Made by a program: the position numbers and the translations under genes. Below, in pieces: positions 51,651-64,000 of a DNA stretch of 64,000 nucleotides. Origin of the DNA: Eledone cirrhosa. Taxonomy: Eukaryota. The first letter of the stretch is position 1; each line of letters begins with the position of its first letter. The stretch is taken from contig OZ024742.1 of NCBI GenBank assembly GCA_964016885.1, positions 152,210,001 through 152,274,000 of the forward strand. The letters are read 5' to 3'. The notes under the pieces are model-generated. The model made no database searches and was not told where the DNA came from. It saw nothing but the letters and a program-made list of their open reading frames with translations.

Positions 51651-52869
51651 AATATATATATATATATCTGTGTGCGACATATAAATATATATATATATCT
51701 GTGTGCGAGTATTTACAGTGGGAGAGAAATCTTTGGAGATGGATAAGAAAATATATGGTTAGGTACATAGATAACAAGGTCGGTATACAGAGAGGTAGAA
51801 ATGCAAACAGACTAAGGTAATGTTAGTGTGTGAGTACATCTATGACTTATTCAAATCGAGGCAAACAAAAATGCTTGGTTTCTTCTTTATAGCAATGAAA
51901 CTGAATCTCTGGCCAATATATTTAAAATATCTACTTGTTATTCTTTTACAGCCCCAGTTGGACACTTATTGACAAGTAGACATACATTCAAACACATTTT
52001 ATTAACAACCCTATCACTGTATATATCAAGAAATACATTGTCTAATGAGCTTTCCTTTACTTCAGACTGTAAAATGTGATTTAAGGGAGATTTGACTGTT
52101 ACTATTTCTAGCAGGTATTGTGACCATGTGAAGGCTCTCCCACATTAGCTTGAATATATTCCGTTAACAATAACTAATAACTAGAAAATATATTGATCTA
52201 ATGGAAATAACTAAGGTGTGCTATTGAAATTAATTTAGATTTGTTAAATGCGATTAACTAAATAACACAGGCAAAAAGTTTCAATTAACTGGAATTTGCT
52301 ACTTAACCCCCCCCCCCTCCGGTAAAACAGAACTTTGACATTAATCGATGTATTTATGTGTGAAGCCGTAATTCCTGATGGATGTATAAGGCTGCAGTAG
52401 TGAAATAGAGCGTATCTTGGGTATTCACGATGTGACAAAGCCCATCCCTCTCCAGCTGATTACAGAGAGAGGGGACATGTTGATAGAGAGGATAGAGGAA
52501 GAATCCATCCCAGTACAGGACTGATACTATTTTATTGACTTCGAAAGGATAAATGGCAAAGTTGACTACAGCGGTATTTGAACTCACAGTGCAGGTAGCC
52601 GAAACAAACACCACAAAGAATTTTATCCGACCTTGCAAATCGTCTGCTATTACGCCACCGCAAGGCTAATCGTTACCAAATAATAAAGTAAAATAGAGAT
52701 GATTTAAAAAAACAAACAAAATTATTTCATAAAATTAGATACTAAGGGGAAATTTGATCACAGTTTCCGCCAATAGTAATTTGCATAATCAAGACTAAAA
52801 TGAGCAACGGGAAATAATTCTACTGGGCCAATAACACGTTTATACAAATACTATACATGTGATGTACTA

Positions 52870-53400
52870 AATAATTATTTCTACTTTTCGCACAGGGCCA
52901 GCAATTATTCCAGTGCATTACTGGTGCTTTAATTTATCGACCCCTGTAAGGATGAAATGCAGAGTTAACCTTTGAACTCAGACCGTAAAGGGCCGTAACT
53001 CTATGCTGCAAAGCATGGCGTCCGACCCTCTACCGATACCGCCAATCCAAATATTACCAAATATTAATTGGAGAAAGAAAGCCAAAGATAAAGGATGATA
53101 GATAAAACAATTATTCACAAGATTGGAAGTAAACCTAGTTACCTATTAGCAATACTAAAAGTTATAGATGTTGTTCTTGTTATTTATCCCATGTTAGACT
53201 ATTATCGTTTAATTGCAAATATTATTATATTAATCGGTACAAGGTCGGACGCCATGCTTTGCAGCATAGAGTTACGCCTCTTTATAGTCTGAGTTGAAAT
53301 CCCATCGAATTTCAATTTACTTTTCATCTTTACGGGGTCGATAAAATAAAGTACCAGTAATGTACTGAATTAATAGCTGGTACCAAAATTAGAAACAATT
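52870..53400. mobile_element. Head-to-head inverted pair of SINEs (52870-53048 minus; 53235-53400 plus); a diverged copy at 52500-52670
   Basis: ctctatgctgcaaagcatggcgtccgacc versus ggtcggacgccatgctttgcagcatagag. Confidence 0.8.
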
Positions 53401-53584
53401 ATATTAAGCATACAAATAAATGAGAGTAAACCAAAACAAATATAAAATAGGGCAAGCAGCTACAATTGTCTGGATGTACAATATATAAGTTTCAATTATT
53501 CTTACTGTCGTCATCGCTTCTGTTGTGTTTGTAGTTGTTTTGTATGTTTTTGCCTTTGTTGCTATGGTTGTGACTGATGTTATT

Positions 53585-56500
53585 TTGTGTGTAATCTAAG
53601 TTGATGTGGCTCTTGTTATTTATTGTGTAATCTAGGTTGTTGTGGCTCTTGGTATTTTTTGTGTAATCTAGGTTGCTGTGGCTCTTGTTATTTTTTGTGT
53701 AATCTAGGTTGTGGCTCTTGTTATTTTTTTTGTGTAATCTAGGTTGTTGTGGCTCTTGTTATTTTTTGCGTAATCTAGGTTGTTGTGGCTCTTGTTATTT
53801 TTTGTGTAATCTAGGTTGTTGTGGCTCTTGTTATTTTTTGTGTAATCTAGGTTGTTGTGGCTCTTGTTATTTTTTGTGTAATCTAGGTTATTGTGGCTCT
53901 TGTTATTTTTGTATAATCTCGGTTGATGTGACTGGGGTTAATTTTGTGTAATCTAGGTTGTGACTGGTGTTAATTTTTGTGTAAGCTACGTTGTTGTGAC
54001 GTGTTACTTTTTGTGTAATCTAGGGTGTTGTGACGTTATTTTTTATATAATCGAGATTCATGAGTATCTTGTTATATTTTGTGTAATCTAGGTTGTTGTG
54101 GCTGTTGTTTTTGCTGTGTTTTTAGGTCGTTTGCTGTTGTTGTTTATATTGTCTATTTCCTGGTTGTTGTGACTGTTGTTGGTTTTGTAGTATACCTCTA
54201 GATTGTTGTGACTGTTGTAGTTGTTTTTGTTGTGTATCTCGGGCTGTGGTTGTTGTTAGTATTTCTGTTATATATCACAAGGTTGTGGTGGCTGTTGTTG
54301 TCATTTCTGTTATATATCACTAGGTTGTGGTGGTTGTTGTTGTGATTTCTGTTATATATAACTAGGTTGTGGTGGTTGTTGTTATTTCTGTTATATATCA
54401 TTAGGTTGAGGTGGTTGTTGTTGTGATTTCTGTTATATATAACTAGGTTGTGGTGGCTGTTGTTGTTATTTCTGTTATATATCACTAGGTTGTGGTGGTT
54501 GTTGTTGTTATTTCTGTTATATATCACTACTGTTGTGGTGGTTGTTGTTGTTATTTCTGTTATATATCACTAGGTTGTGGTGGTTGTTGTTGTTATTTCT
54601 GTTATATATCACTACTGTTGTGGTGGCTGTTGTTGTTATTTCTGTTATATATCACTACTGTTGTGGTGGCTGTTGTTGTTATTTATGTTATATATAACTA
54701 GGTTGTGGTGGTTGTTGTTGTTATTTCTGTTATATATCACTAGGTTGTGGTGGTTGTTGTTGTTATTTCTGTTATATATCACTACTGTTGTGGTGGCTGT
54801 CGTTGTTATTTCTGTTATATATCACTACTGTTGTAGTGGCTGTTGTTGTTATTTCTGTTATATATAACTAGGTTGTCGTGGTTGTTGTTGTTATTTCTGT
54901 TATATATCACTAGGTTGTGGATGCTGTTGTTGTTATTTCTGTTATATATCACTAGGTTGTGGTGGCTGTTGTTGTTATTTCTGTTATATATCACTACTGT
55001 TGTGGTGGCTGTTGTTGTTATTTCTGTTATATATCACTAAGTTGTGGTGGCTGTTGTTGTTATTTCTGTTATATATCACTAGGTTGTGGTGGCTGTTGTT
55101 GTTATTTCTGTTATATATCACTAGGTTGTGGTGGTTGTTGTTTTTATTTCCGTTATATATCACTACTGTTGTGGTGGCTGTTGTTGTTATTTCTGTTATA
55201 TATCACTAGGTTGTGGTGGCTGTTGTTGTTATTTCTGTTATATATCACTAGGTTGTGGTTGTTGTTGTTGTTATTTCTGTTATATATCACTAGGTGGTGG
55301 TGGTTGTTGTTGTTATTTCTGTTATATATCACTAGGTTGTGGTGGTTGTTATTGTTATTTATGTTATATATCACTAGGTTGTGGTGGTTGTTGTTATTTC
55401 TGTTATATATCACTAGGTTGTTGTGGTTGTTGTTGATATTTATGTTATATATCACTAGATTGTGGTTGTTGTTGTTGTTATTTTTGTTATATATCACTAC
55501 TGTTGTGGTGGCTGTTGTTGTTATTTCTGTTATATATCACTACTGTTGTGGTGGCTGTTGTTGTTATTTCTGTTATATATAACTAGGTTGTGGTGGTTGT
55601 TGTTGTTATTTCTGTTATATATCACTAGGTTGTGGTGGTTGTTGTTGTTATTTCTGTTATATATCACTACTGTTGTGGTGGCTGTCGTTGTTATTTCTGT
55701 TATATATCACTACTGTTGTGGTGGCTGTTGTTGTTATTTCTGTTATATATAACTAGGTTGTGGTGGTTGTTGTTGTTATTTCTGTTATATATCACTAGGT
55801 TGTGGTTGCTGTTGTTTGTTATTTCTGTTATATATCACTAGGTTGTGGTGGCTGTTGTTGTTATTTCTGTTATATATCACTAGGTTGTGGTGGTTGTTGT
55901 TTTTATTTCTGTTATATATCACTAGGTTGTGGTGGTTGTTGTTTTTATTTCCGTTATATATATCACTACTGTTGTGGTGGCTGTTGTTGTTATTTCTGTT
56001 ATATATCACTAGGTTGTGGTGGCTGTTGTTGTTATTTCTGTTATATATCACTAGGTTGTGGTGGTTGTTATTGTTATTTATGTTATATATCACTAGGTTG
56101 TGGTGGTTGTTGTTATTTCTGTTATATATCACTAGGTTGTTGTGGTTATGTTGATATTTATGTTATATATCACTAGATTGTGGTTGTTGTTGTTGATATT
56201 TCTGTTATATATCACTAGGTTGTGGTGGTTGTTGTTGTTATTTCTGTTATATATCACTAGGTTGTGGTGGCTGTTGTTGCTTTTTATGTTATATATCACT
56301 AGGTTGTGGTGGTTGTTGTTGTTATTTCTGTTATATATCTCTAGGTTGTGGTGGCTGTTGTTGTTATTTCTGTTATATATCACTAGGTTTTTGTGGCTGT
56401 TGTTATTTCTGTTATATATCACTAGGTTGTGGTTGTTGTTGTTGTTATTTCTGTTATATATCACTACGTTGTGGTGGTTGTTGTTGTTACTTATGTTATA

Positions 56501-59500
56501 TATCTCTAGGTTGTGGGGGTTGTTGTTGTTATTTTTGTTATATATCACTAGGTTGTGGTGGATGTATTTGTTATTTCTGTTATATATCACTAGGTTGTGA
56601 TGGTTGTTGTTGTTATTTCTGTTATATATAACTAGGTTGTCGTGGTTGTTGTTGTTATTTCTGTTATATATCACTAGGTTGTGGATGCTGTTGTTGTTAT
56701 TTCTGTTATATATCACTAGGTTGTGGTGGCTGTTGTTGTTATTTCTGTTATATATCACTACTGTTGTGGTGGCTGTTGTTGTTATTTCTGTTATATATCA
56801 CTAAGTTGTGGTGGCTGTTGTTGTTATTTCTGTTATATATCACTAGGTTGTGGTGGCTGTTGTTGTTATTTCTGTTATATATCACTAGGTTGTGGTGGTT
56901 GTTGTTTTTATTTCCGTTATATATCACTACTGTTGTGGTGGCTGTTGTTGTTATTTCTGTTATATATCACTAGGTTGTGGTGGCTGTTGTTGTTATTTCT
57001 GTTATATATCACTAGGTTGTGGTTGTTGTTGTTGTTATTTCTGTTATATATCACTAGGTGGTGGTGGTTGTTGTTGTTATTTCTGTTATATATCACTAGG
57101 TTGTGGTGGTTGTTATTGTTATTTATGTTATATATCACTAGGTTGTGGTGGTTGTTGTTATTTCTGTTATATATCACTAGGTTGTTGTGGTTGTTGTTGA
57201 TATTTATGTTATATATCACTAGATTGTGGTTGTTGTTGTTGTTATTTTTGTTATATATCACTACTGTTGTGGTGGCTGTTGTTGTTATTTCTGTTATATA
57301 TCACTACTGTTGTGGTGGCTGTTGTTGTTATTTCTGTTATATATAACTAGGTTGTGGTGGTTGTTGTTGTTATTTCTGTTATATATCACTAGGTTGTGGT
57401 GGTTGTTGTTGTTATTTCTGTTATATATCACTACTGTTGTGGTGGCTGTCGTTGTTATTTCTGTTATATATCACTACTGTTGTGGTGGCTGTTGTTGTTA
57501 TTTCTGTTATATATAACTAGGTTGTGGTGGTTGTTGTTGTTATTTCTGTTATATATCACTAGGTTGTGGTTGCTGTTGTTTGTTATTTCTGTTATATATC
57601 ACTAGGTTGTGGTGGCTGTTGTTGTTATTTCTGTTATATATCACTACTGTTGTGGTGGCTGTTGTTGTTATTTCTGTTATATATCACTAAGTTGTGGTGG
57701 CTGTTGTTGTTATTTCTGTTATATATCACTAGGTTGTGGTGGCTGTTGTTGTTATTTCTGTTATATATCACTAGGTTGTGGTGGTTGTTGTTTTTATTTC
57801 TGTTATATATCACTAGGTTGTGGTGGTTGTTGTTTTTATTTCCGTTATATATATCACTACTGTTGTGGTGGCTGTTGTTGTTATTTCTGTTATATATCAC
57901 TAGGTTGTGGTGGCTGTTGTTGTTATTTCTGTTATATATCACTAGGTTGTGGTGGTTGTTATTGTTATTTATGTTATATATCACTAGGTTGTGGTGGTTG
58001 TTGTTATTTCTGTTATATATCACTAGGTTGTTGTGGCTGTTGTTGCTTTTTATGTTATATATCACTAGGTTGTGGTGGTTGTTGTTGTTATTTCTGTTAT
58101 ATATCTCTAGGTTGTGGTGGCTGTTGTTGTTATTTCTGTTATATATCACTAGGTTGTTGTGGCTGTTGTTATTTCTGTTATATATCACTAGGTTGTGGTT
58201 GTTGTTGTTGTTATTTCTGTTATATATCACTACGTTGTGGTGGTTGTTGTTGTTACTTATGTTATATATCTCTAGGTTGTGGGGGTTGTTGTTGTTATTT
58301 TTGTTATATATCACTAGATTGTGGTGGATGTATTTGTTATTTCTGTTATATATCACTAGGTTGTGATGGTTGTTGTTGTTATTTCTGTTATATATCAGTA
58401 CTGTTGTGGTGATTGTTGTTGTTATTCCTGTCATATATCACTAGCTTGTGGTGGCTGTTGTTGTTATTTCTGTTATATATCACTAGGTTGTGGTGGTTGT
58501 TGTTATTTCTGTTATATATCACTAGGTTGTGGTGGTTGTTGTTGTTATTTCTGTTATATATCACTAGGTTGTGGTGGTTGTTGTTGTTATTTCTGTTATA
58601 TATCACTAGGTTGTGGTGGTTGTTGTTGTTATTTCTGTTATATATCACTACTGTTGTGGTGGTTGTTGTTGTTATTTCTGTTATATATCACTACTGTTGT
58701 GGTGGCTGTTGTTGTTATTTCTGTTATATATCACTAGGTTGTGGTGGTTGTTGTTGTTATTTCTGTTATATATCACTAGGTTGTGGTGGTTGTTGATGTT
58801 ATTTCTGTTAAATATCACTACTGTTGTGGTGGCTGTCGTTGTTAGTTCTGTTATATATCACTAGGTTGTGGTGGCTGTTGTTGTTATTTCTGTTATATAT
58901 CACTTGGTTGTGGTGGTTGTTGTTGTTGTTGCTAAGTTGTGGTGGTTGTTGTTGTTGTTACTAGGTTGTGGTGGTTGTTGTCGTTGTTACTAGGTTGTGG
59001 TGGTTGTTGTTGTTATGTCTGTTATATATCACTAGGTTGTTGTGGTTGTTGTTGTTATTTCTGTTATATATCACTAGGTTGTGGTGGTTGTTGTTGTTAT
59101 TTCTGTTATATATCACTAGGTTATGGTGGTTGTTGTTGTTATTTCTGTTATATATCACTTGTTTGTGGTGGTTGTTGCTTTTATTACTGTTATATATCAC
59201 TAGGTTGTGGTTGTTGTTGTTGTTATTTCTGTTATATATCACTACGTTGTGGTGGTTGTTGTTGTTATTTCTGTTATATATCACTAGGTTGTGTGGTTGT
59301 TGTTGTTATTTCTGTTATATATCACTAGGTTGTGATGGTTGTTGTTGTTATTTCTGTTATATATCACTACTGTTGTGGTGGTTGTTGTTGTTATTCCTGT
59401 CATATATCACTAGGTTGTGGTGGTTGTTGTTGTTATTTCTGTTATATATCACTAGGTTGTGGTGGTTGTTGTTGTTATTTCTGTTATATATCACTACTGT

Positions 59501-62500
59501 TGTGGTGGTTGTTGTTGTTATTTCTGTTATATATCACTACTGTTGTGGTGGCTGTTGTTGTTATTTCTGTTATATATCACTAGGTTGTGGTGGTTGTTGA
59601 TGTTATTTCTGTTAAATATCACTACTGTTGTGGTGGCTGTTGTTGTTAGTTCTGTTATATATCACTAGGTTGTGGTGGCTGTTGTTGCTATTTCTGTTAT
59701 ATATCACTTGGTTGTGGTGGTTGTTGTTGTTGTTGCTAAGTTGTGGTGGTTGTTGTTGTTGTTACTAGGTTGTGGTGGTTGTTGTCGTTGTTACTAGGTT
59801 GTGGTGGTTGTTGTTGTTATGTCTGTTATATATCACTAGGTTGTTGTGGTTGTTGTTGTTATTTCTGTTATATATCACTTGGTTGTGGTGGTTGTTGTTT
59901 TTATTTCTGTTATATATCACTAGGTTGTGGTGGTTGTTGTTGTTATTTCTGTTCTATATCACTAGGTTATGGTGGTTGTTGTTGTTATTTCTGTTATATA
60001 TCACTTGTTTGTGGTGGTTGTTGCTTTTATTTCTGTTATATATCACTAGGTTGTGGTGGTTGTTATTGTCATTTCTGTTATACATCACTAGGTTGCGGTG
60101 GTTGTTGTTTTTATTTCTCTTATATATCACTAGGTGGTGGTGGTTGTTGTTGTTATTTCTGTTATATATCACTAGGTTGTGGTGGTTGTTGTTATTTCTG
60201 TTATATATCACTAGGTTGTTGTGGTTGTTGTTGATATTTATGTTATATATCACTAGATTGTGGTTGTTGTTGTTGATATTTCTGTTATATATCACTAGAT
60301 TGTGGTGGTTGTTGTTGTTATTTCTGTTATATATCACTAGGTTGTGGTGGCTGTTGTTGCTTGTTATGTTATATATCACGAGGTTGTGGTGGTTGTTGTT
60401 GTTATTTCTGTTATATATCTCTAGGTTGTGGTGGCTGTTGTTGTTATTTCTGTTATATATCACTAGGTTGTGGTGGCTGTTGTTGTTATTTATGTTATAT
60501 ATCACTAGGTTGTGGTGGCTGTTGTTATTTCTGTTATATATCACTAGGTTGTGGTGGTTGTTGTTGTTATTTATGTTATATATCACTAGGTTGTGGTGGT
60601 TGTTGTTATTTCTATTATATACCACTAGGTTGTTGTGGTTGTTGTTGATATTTATGTTATATATGACTAGATTGTGATTGTTGTTGTTGATATTTCTGTT
60701 ATATATCACTAGGCTGTGGTGGTTGTTGTTGTTATTTCTGTTATATATCACTAGGTTGTGGTGGCTGTTGTTGTTATTTCTGTTATATATCACTAGGTTG
60801 TGGTGGCTGTTGTTGTTATTTCTGTTATATATCACTAGGTTGTGGTTGTTGTTGTTGTTATTTCTGTTATATATCACTAGGTTGTGGTGGTTGTTGTTGT
60901 TATTTCTGTTATATATCACTAGGTTATGGTGGTTGTTGTTGTTATTTCTGTTATATAACACTTTGTTGTGGTGGTTGTTGTTTTTATTTCTGTTATATGT
61001 CACTAGGTTGTGGTTGTTGTTGTTGTTATTTCTGTTATATATCACTTGGTTGTGGTGGTTGTTGTTTTTATTTCTGTTATATATCACTAGGTTGTGGTGA
61101 TTGTTGTTGTTATTTCTGATATATATCACTAGGTTGTGGTGGTTGTTGTTGTTATTTCTGTTATAGATCACTACTGTTGTGGTGGTTGTTGTTGTTATTT
61201 CTGTTATATATCACTATGTTGTGGTGGTTGTTGTTGTGATTTCTGTTATATATCTCTAGGTTGTGGTGGTTGTTGTTGTTGTTTCTGTTATATATCACTA
61301 GGTTGTGGTGGTTTTTGTTGTTATTTCTGTTATATATCACTAGGTTGTGGTGGTTGTTGTTGTTATTTCTGTTATATATCACTAGGTTGTGGTGGATGTA
61401 TTTGTTATTTCTGTTATATATCCCTAGGTTGTGGTGGTTGTTGTTCTTATTTCTGTTATATATCACTAGGTTGTGGTGGATGTATTTGTTATTTCTGTTA
61501 TATATCACTAGGTTGTGGTGGCTGTTGTTGTTATTTCTCTTATATATCACTAGGTTGTGGTGGTTGTTGTTGTTACTTATGTTATATATCTCTAGGTGGT
61601 GTTGGTTGTTGTTGTTATTTCTGTTATATATCACTAGGTTGTGGTGGATGTATTTGTTATTTCTGTTATATATCACTAGGTTGTGGTGGTTGTTGTTGTT
61701 ATTTCTGTTATATATCACTAGGTTCTGGTGGCTGTTGTTGTTATTTATGTTATACTTCACTAGGTTGTGGTGGTTGTTGTTGTTATCTCTGTTATATATC
61801 ATTAGGTTGTGGTGGCTGTTGTTGTTATTTCTGTTATATATCACTAGGTTGTGGTGGTTGTTTGTTATTTCTGTTATATATCACTAGGTTGTGGTGGTTG
61901 TTGTTGTTATTTCTGTTATATATCACTAGGTTGTGTGGTTGTTGTTGTTATTTCTGTTATATATCACTAGGTTGTGGTGGTTGTTGTTGTTATTTCTGTT
62001 ATATATCACTAGGTTGTGGTGGTTGTTGTTGTTATTTCTTTTATATATCACTAGGTTGTGGTGGTTGTTGTTGTTATTTCTGTTATATATCACTACTGTT
62101 GTGGTGGTTGTTGTTGTTATTTCTGTTATATATCACTACTGTTGTGGTGGTTGTTGTTATTATTTCTGTTATATATCACTAGGTTGTGGTGGTTGTTGTT
62201 GTTATTTCTGTCATATATCACTAGGTTGTGGTGGTTGTTGTTATTTCTGTTATATATCACTAGGTTGTGGTGGTTGTTGTTGTTATTTCTGTTATATATC
62301 ACTACTGTTGTGGTGGCTGTTGTTGTTATTTCTGTTATATATCACTAGGTTGTGGTGGCTGTTGTTGTTATTTCTGTTATATATCACTTGGTTGTGGTGG
62401 TTGTTGTTGTTGTTGCTACGTTGTGGTGGTTGTTGTTGTTGTTACTAGGTTGTGGTGGTTGTTGTTGTTACTTATGTTATATATCTCTAGGTTGTGGTGG

Positions 62501-64000
62501 TTGTTGTTATTTCTGTTATATATAACTAGGTTGTGGTGGTTGTTGTTGTTATTTCTGTTATATATCACTAGGTTGTGGTGGTTGTTGTTGTTATTTCTGT
62601 TATATATCACTAGGTTGTTTGTGGTTGTTGTTGTTATTTCTGTTATATATCACTAGGTTATGGTGGTTGTTGTTGTTATTTCTGTTATATAACACTTGGT
62701 TGTGGTGGTTGTTATTGTTATTTATGTTATATATCACTAGGTTGTGGTGGCTGTTGTTATTTCTGTTATATATCACTAGGTTGTGGTGGTTGTTGTTGTT
62801 ATTTCTGTTATATATCACTAGGTTGTGGTGGTTGTTGTTATTTCTGTTATATATCCCTAGGTTGTAGTGGTTGTTGTTGATATTTATGTTATATATCATT
62901 AGATTGTGGTTGTTGTTGTTGATATTTCTGTTATATATCACTAGGTTGTGGTGGTTGTTGTTGTTATTTATGTTATATATCACTAGGTTCTGGTGGCTGT
63001 TGTTGTTATTTATGTTATACTTCACTAGGTTGTGGTGGTTGTTGTTGTTATTTATGTTATATATCATTAGGTTGTGGTGGCTGTTGTTGTTATTTCTGTT
63101 ATATATCACTAGGTTGTGGTGGTTGTTGTTGTTATTTCTGTTATATATCACTAGGTTGTGGTGGTTGTTGTTGTTATTTCTGTTATATATTACTAGTTTA
63201 TGGTGGTTGTTGTTGTTATTTCTGTTATATATCACTTGGTTGTGGTGGTTGTTGTTTTTATTTCTGTTATATATCACTAGGTTGTGGTGGTTGTTGTTGT
63301 TATTTCTGTTATATATCACTACTGTTGTGGTGGCTGTTGTTGTTATTTCTGTTATATATCACTATTTTTGTCGTGGCTGTTGTTGTTATTTCTGTTATAT
63401 ATCACTACTGTTGTGGTGGCTGTTGTTGTTATTTCTGTTATATATCACTACTGTTGTGGTGGCTGTTGTTGTTATTTCTATTATATATCACTAGGTTGTG
63501 GTGGCTGTTGTTGTTATTTCTGTTATATATCACTAGGTTGTGGTTGTTGTTGTTATTTCTGTTATATATCACTAGGTTGTGGTGGTTGTTGTTGTTATTT
63601 CTGTTATATATCTCTAGGTTGTGGTGGTTGTTGTTGTTATTTCTGTTATATATCACTAGGTTGTGGTGGTTGTTATTGTTATTTATGTTATATATCACTA
63701 GGTAGTAGTGGCTGTTGTTATTTCTGTTATATATCACTAGGTTGTGGTGGTTGTTGTTGTTATTTCTGTTATATATCACTAGGTTGTGGTGGTTGTTGTT
63801 ATTTCTGTTATATATCACTAGGTTGTTGTGGTTGTTGTTGATATTTATGTCATATATCACTAGATTGTGGTTGTTGTTGTTGATATTTCTGTTATATATC
63901 ACTAGGTTGTGGTGGTTGTTGTTATTATTTCTGTTATATATCACTAGGTTGTGGTGGCTGTTGTTGTTATTTATGTTATATATCACTAGGTTGTGGTGGT
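53585..64000. repeat. Satellite array: 36-bp units at the left edge, then 42-bp units (actaggttgtggtggttgttgttgttatttctgttatatatc) with 39- and 44-bp variants
   Basis: Direct inspection; runs off the end of the window. Confidence 0.97.

Noticed and set aside
53709-63986. Cys-rich (GCGGCCCYFCYISL), Leu-rich and Asn-rich repeat ORFs resembling keratin-associated or metallothionein-like proteins
   Set aside because: A by-product of a 42-bp satellite lacking stops in several frames. The frames are broken freely by 44-bp variants.
53585-64000. CRISPR-like regular repeat array or telomere
   Set aside because: No unique spacers, eukaryotic context, and no TTAGGG tracts.

Overview
AT-rich, microsatellite-saturated eukaryotic DNA. 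The SINE families and (TA)n/(CA)n density suggest a coleoid cephalopod, probably Octopus (inference). No host gene can be supported, and almost all short ORFs in the track are microsatellite or satellite artefacts. The window is dominated by Penelope-like retroelements (PLEs) that appear to belong to three clades (Naiad, Neptune, Nematis-like), inserted in (TA)n tracts. Reading by eye, their 3' ends carry about a dozen type-I hammerhead ribozyme (HHR) folds (CUGANGA - stem II - GAAA - palindromic stem III). One family has an ~105-nt expanded stem II, and several copies are fold-back half-hammerhead palindromes. The region 35.6-50.45 kb can be reconstructed as one Naiad with an inverted copy of its own 3' UTR, whose two arms were pushed ~15 kb apart by nested insertions into their internal microsatellites. 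One of these insertions is a near-full-length L1/Tx1-type LINE (open 1139-aa APE-RT ORF2) in an (AAT)n tract, and its empty site survives in the other arm. Also present: a decayed chimeric hAT transposon, a CsRn1-like Gypsy remnant with an unusually long tRNA-Trp PBS, MITEs, many tRNA-derived SINEs, a 557-bp tandem duplication and a >10-kb 42-bp satellite with higher-order repeats. All folds and alignments were done by eye, not computed.
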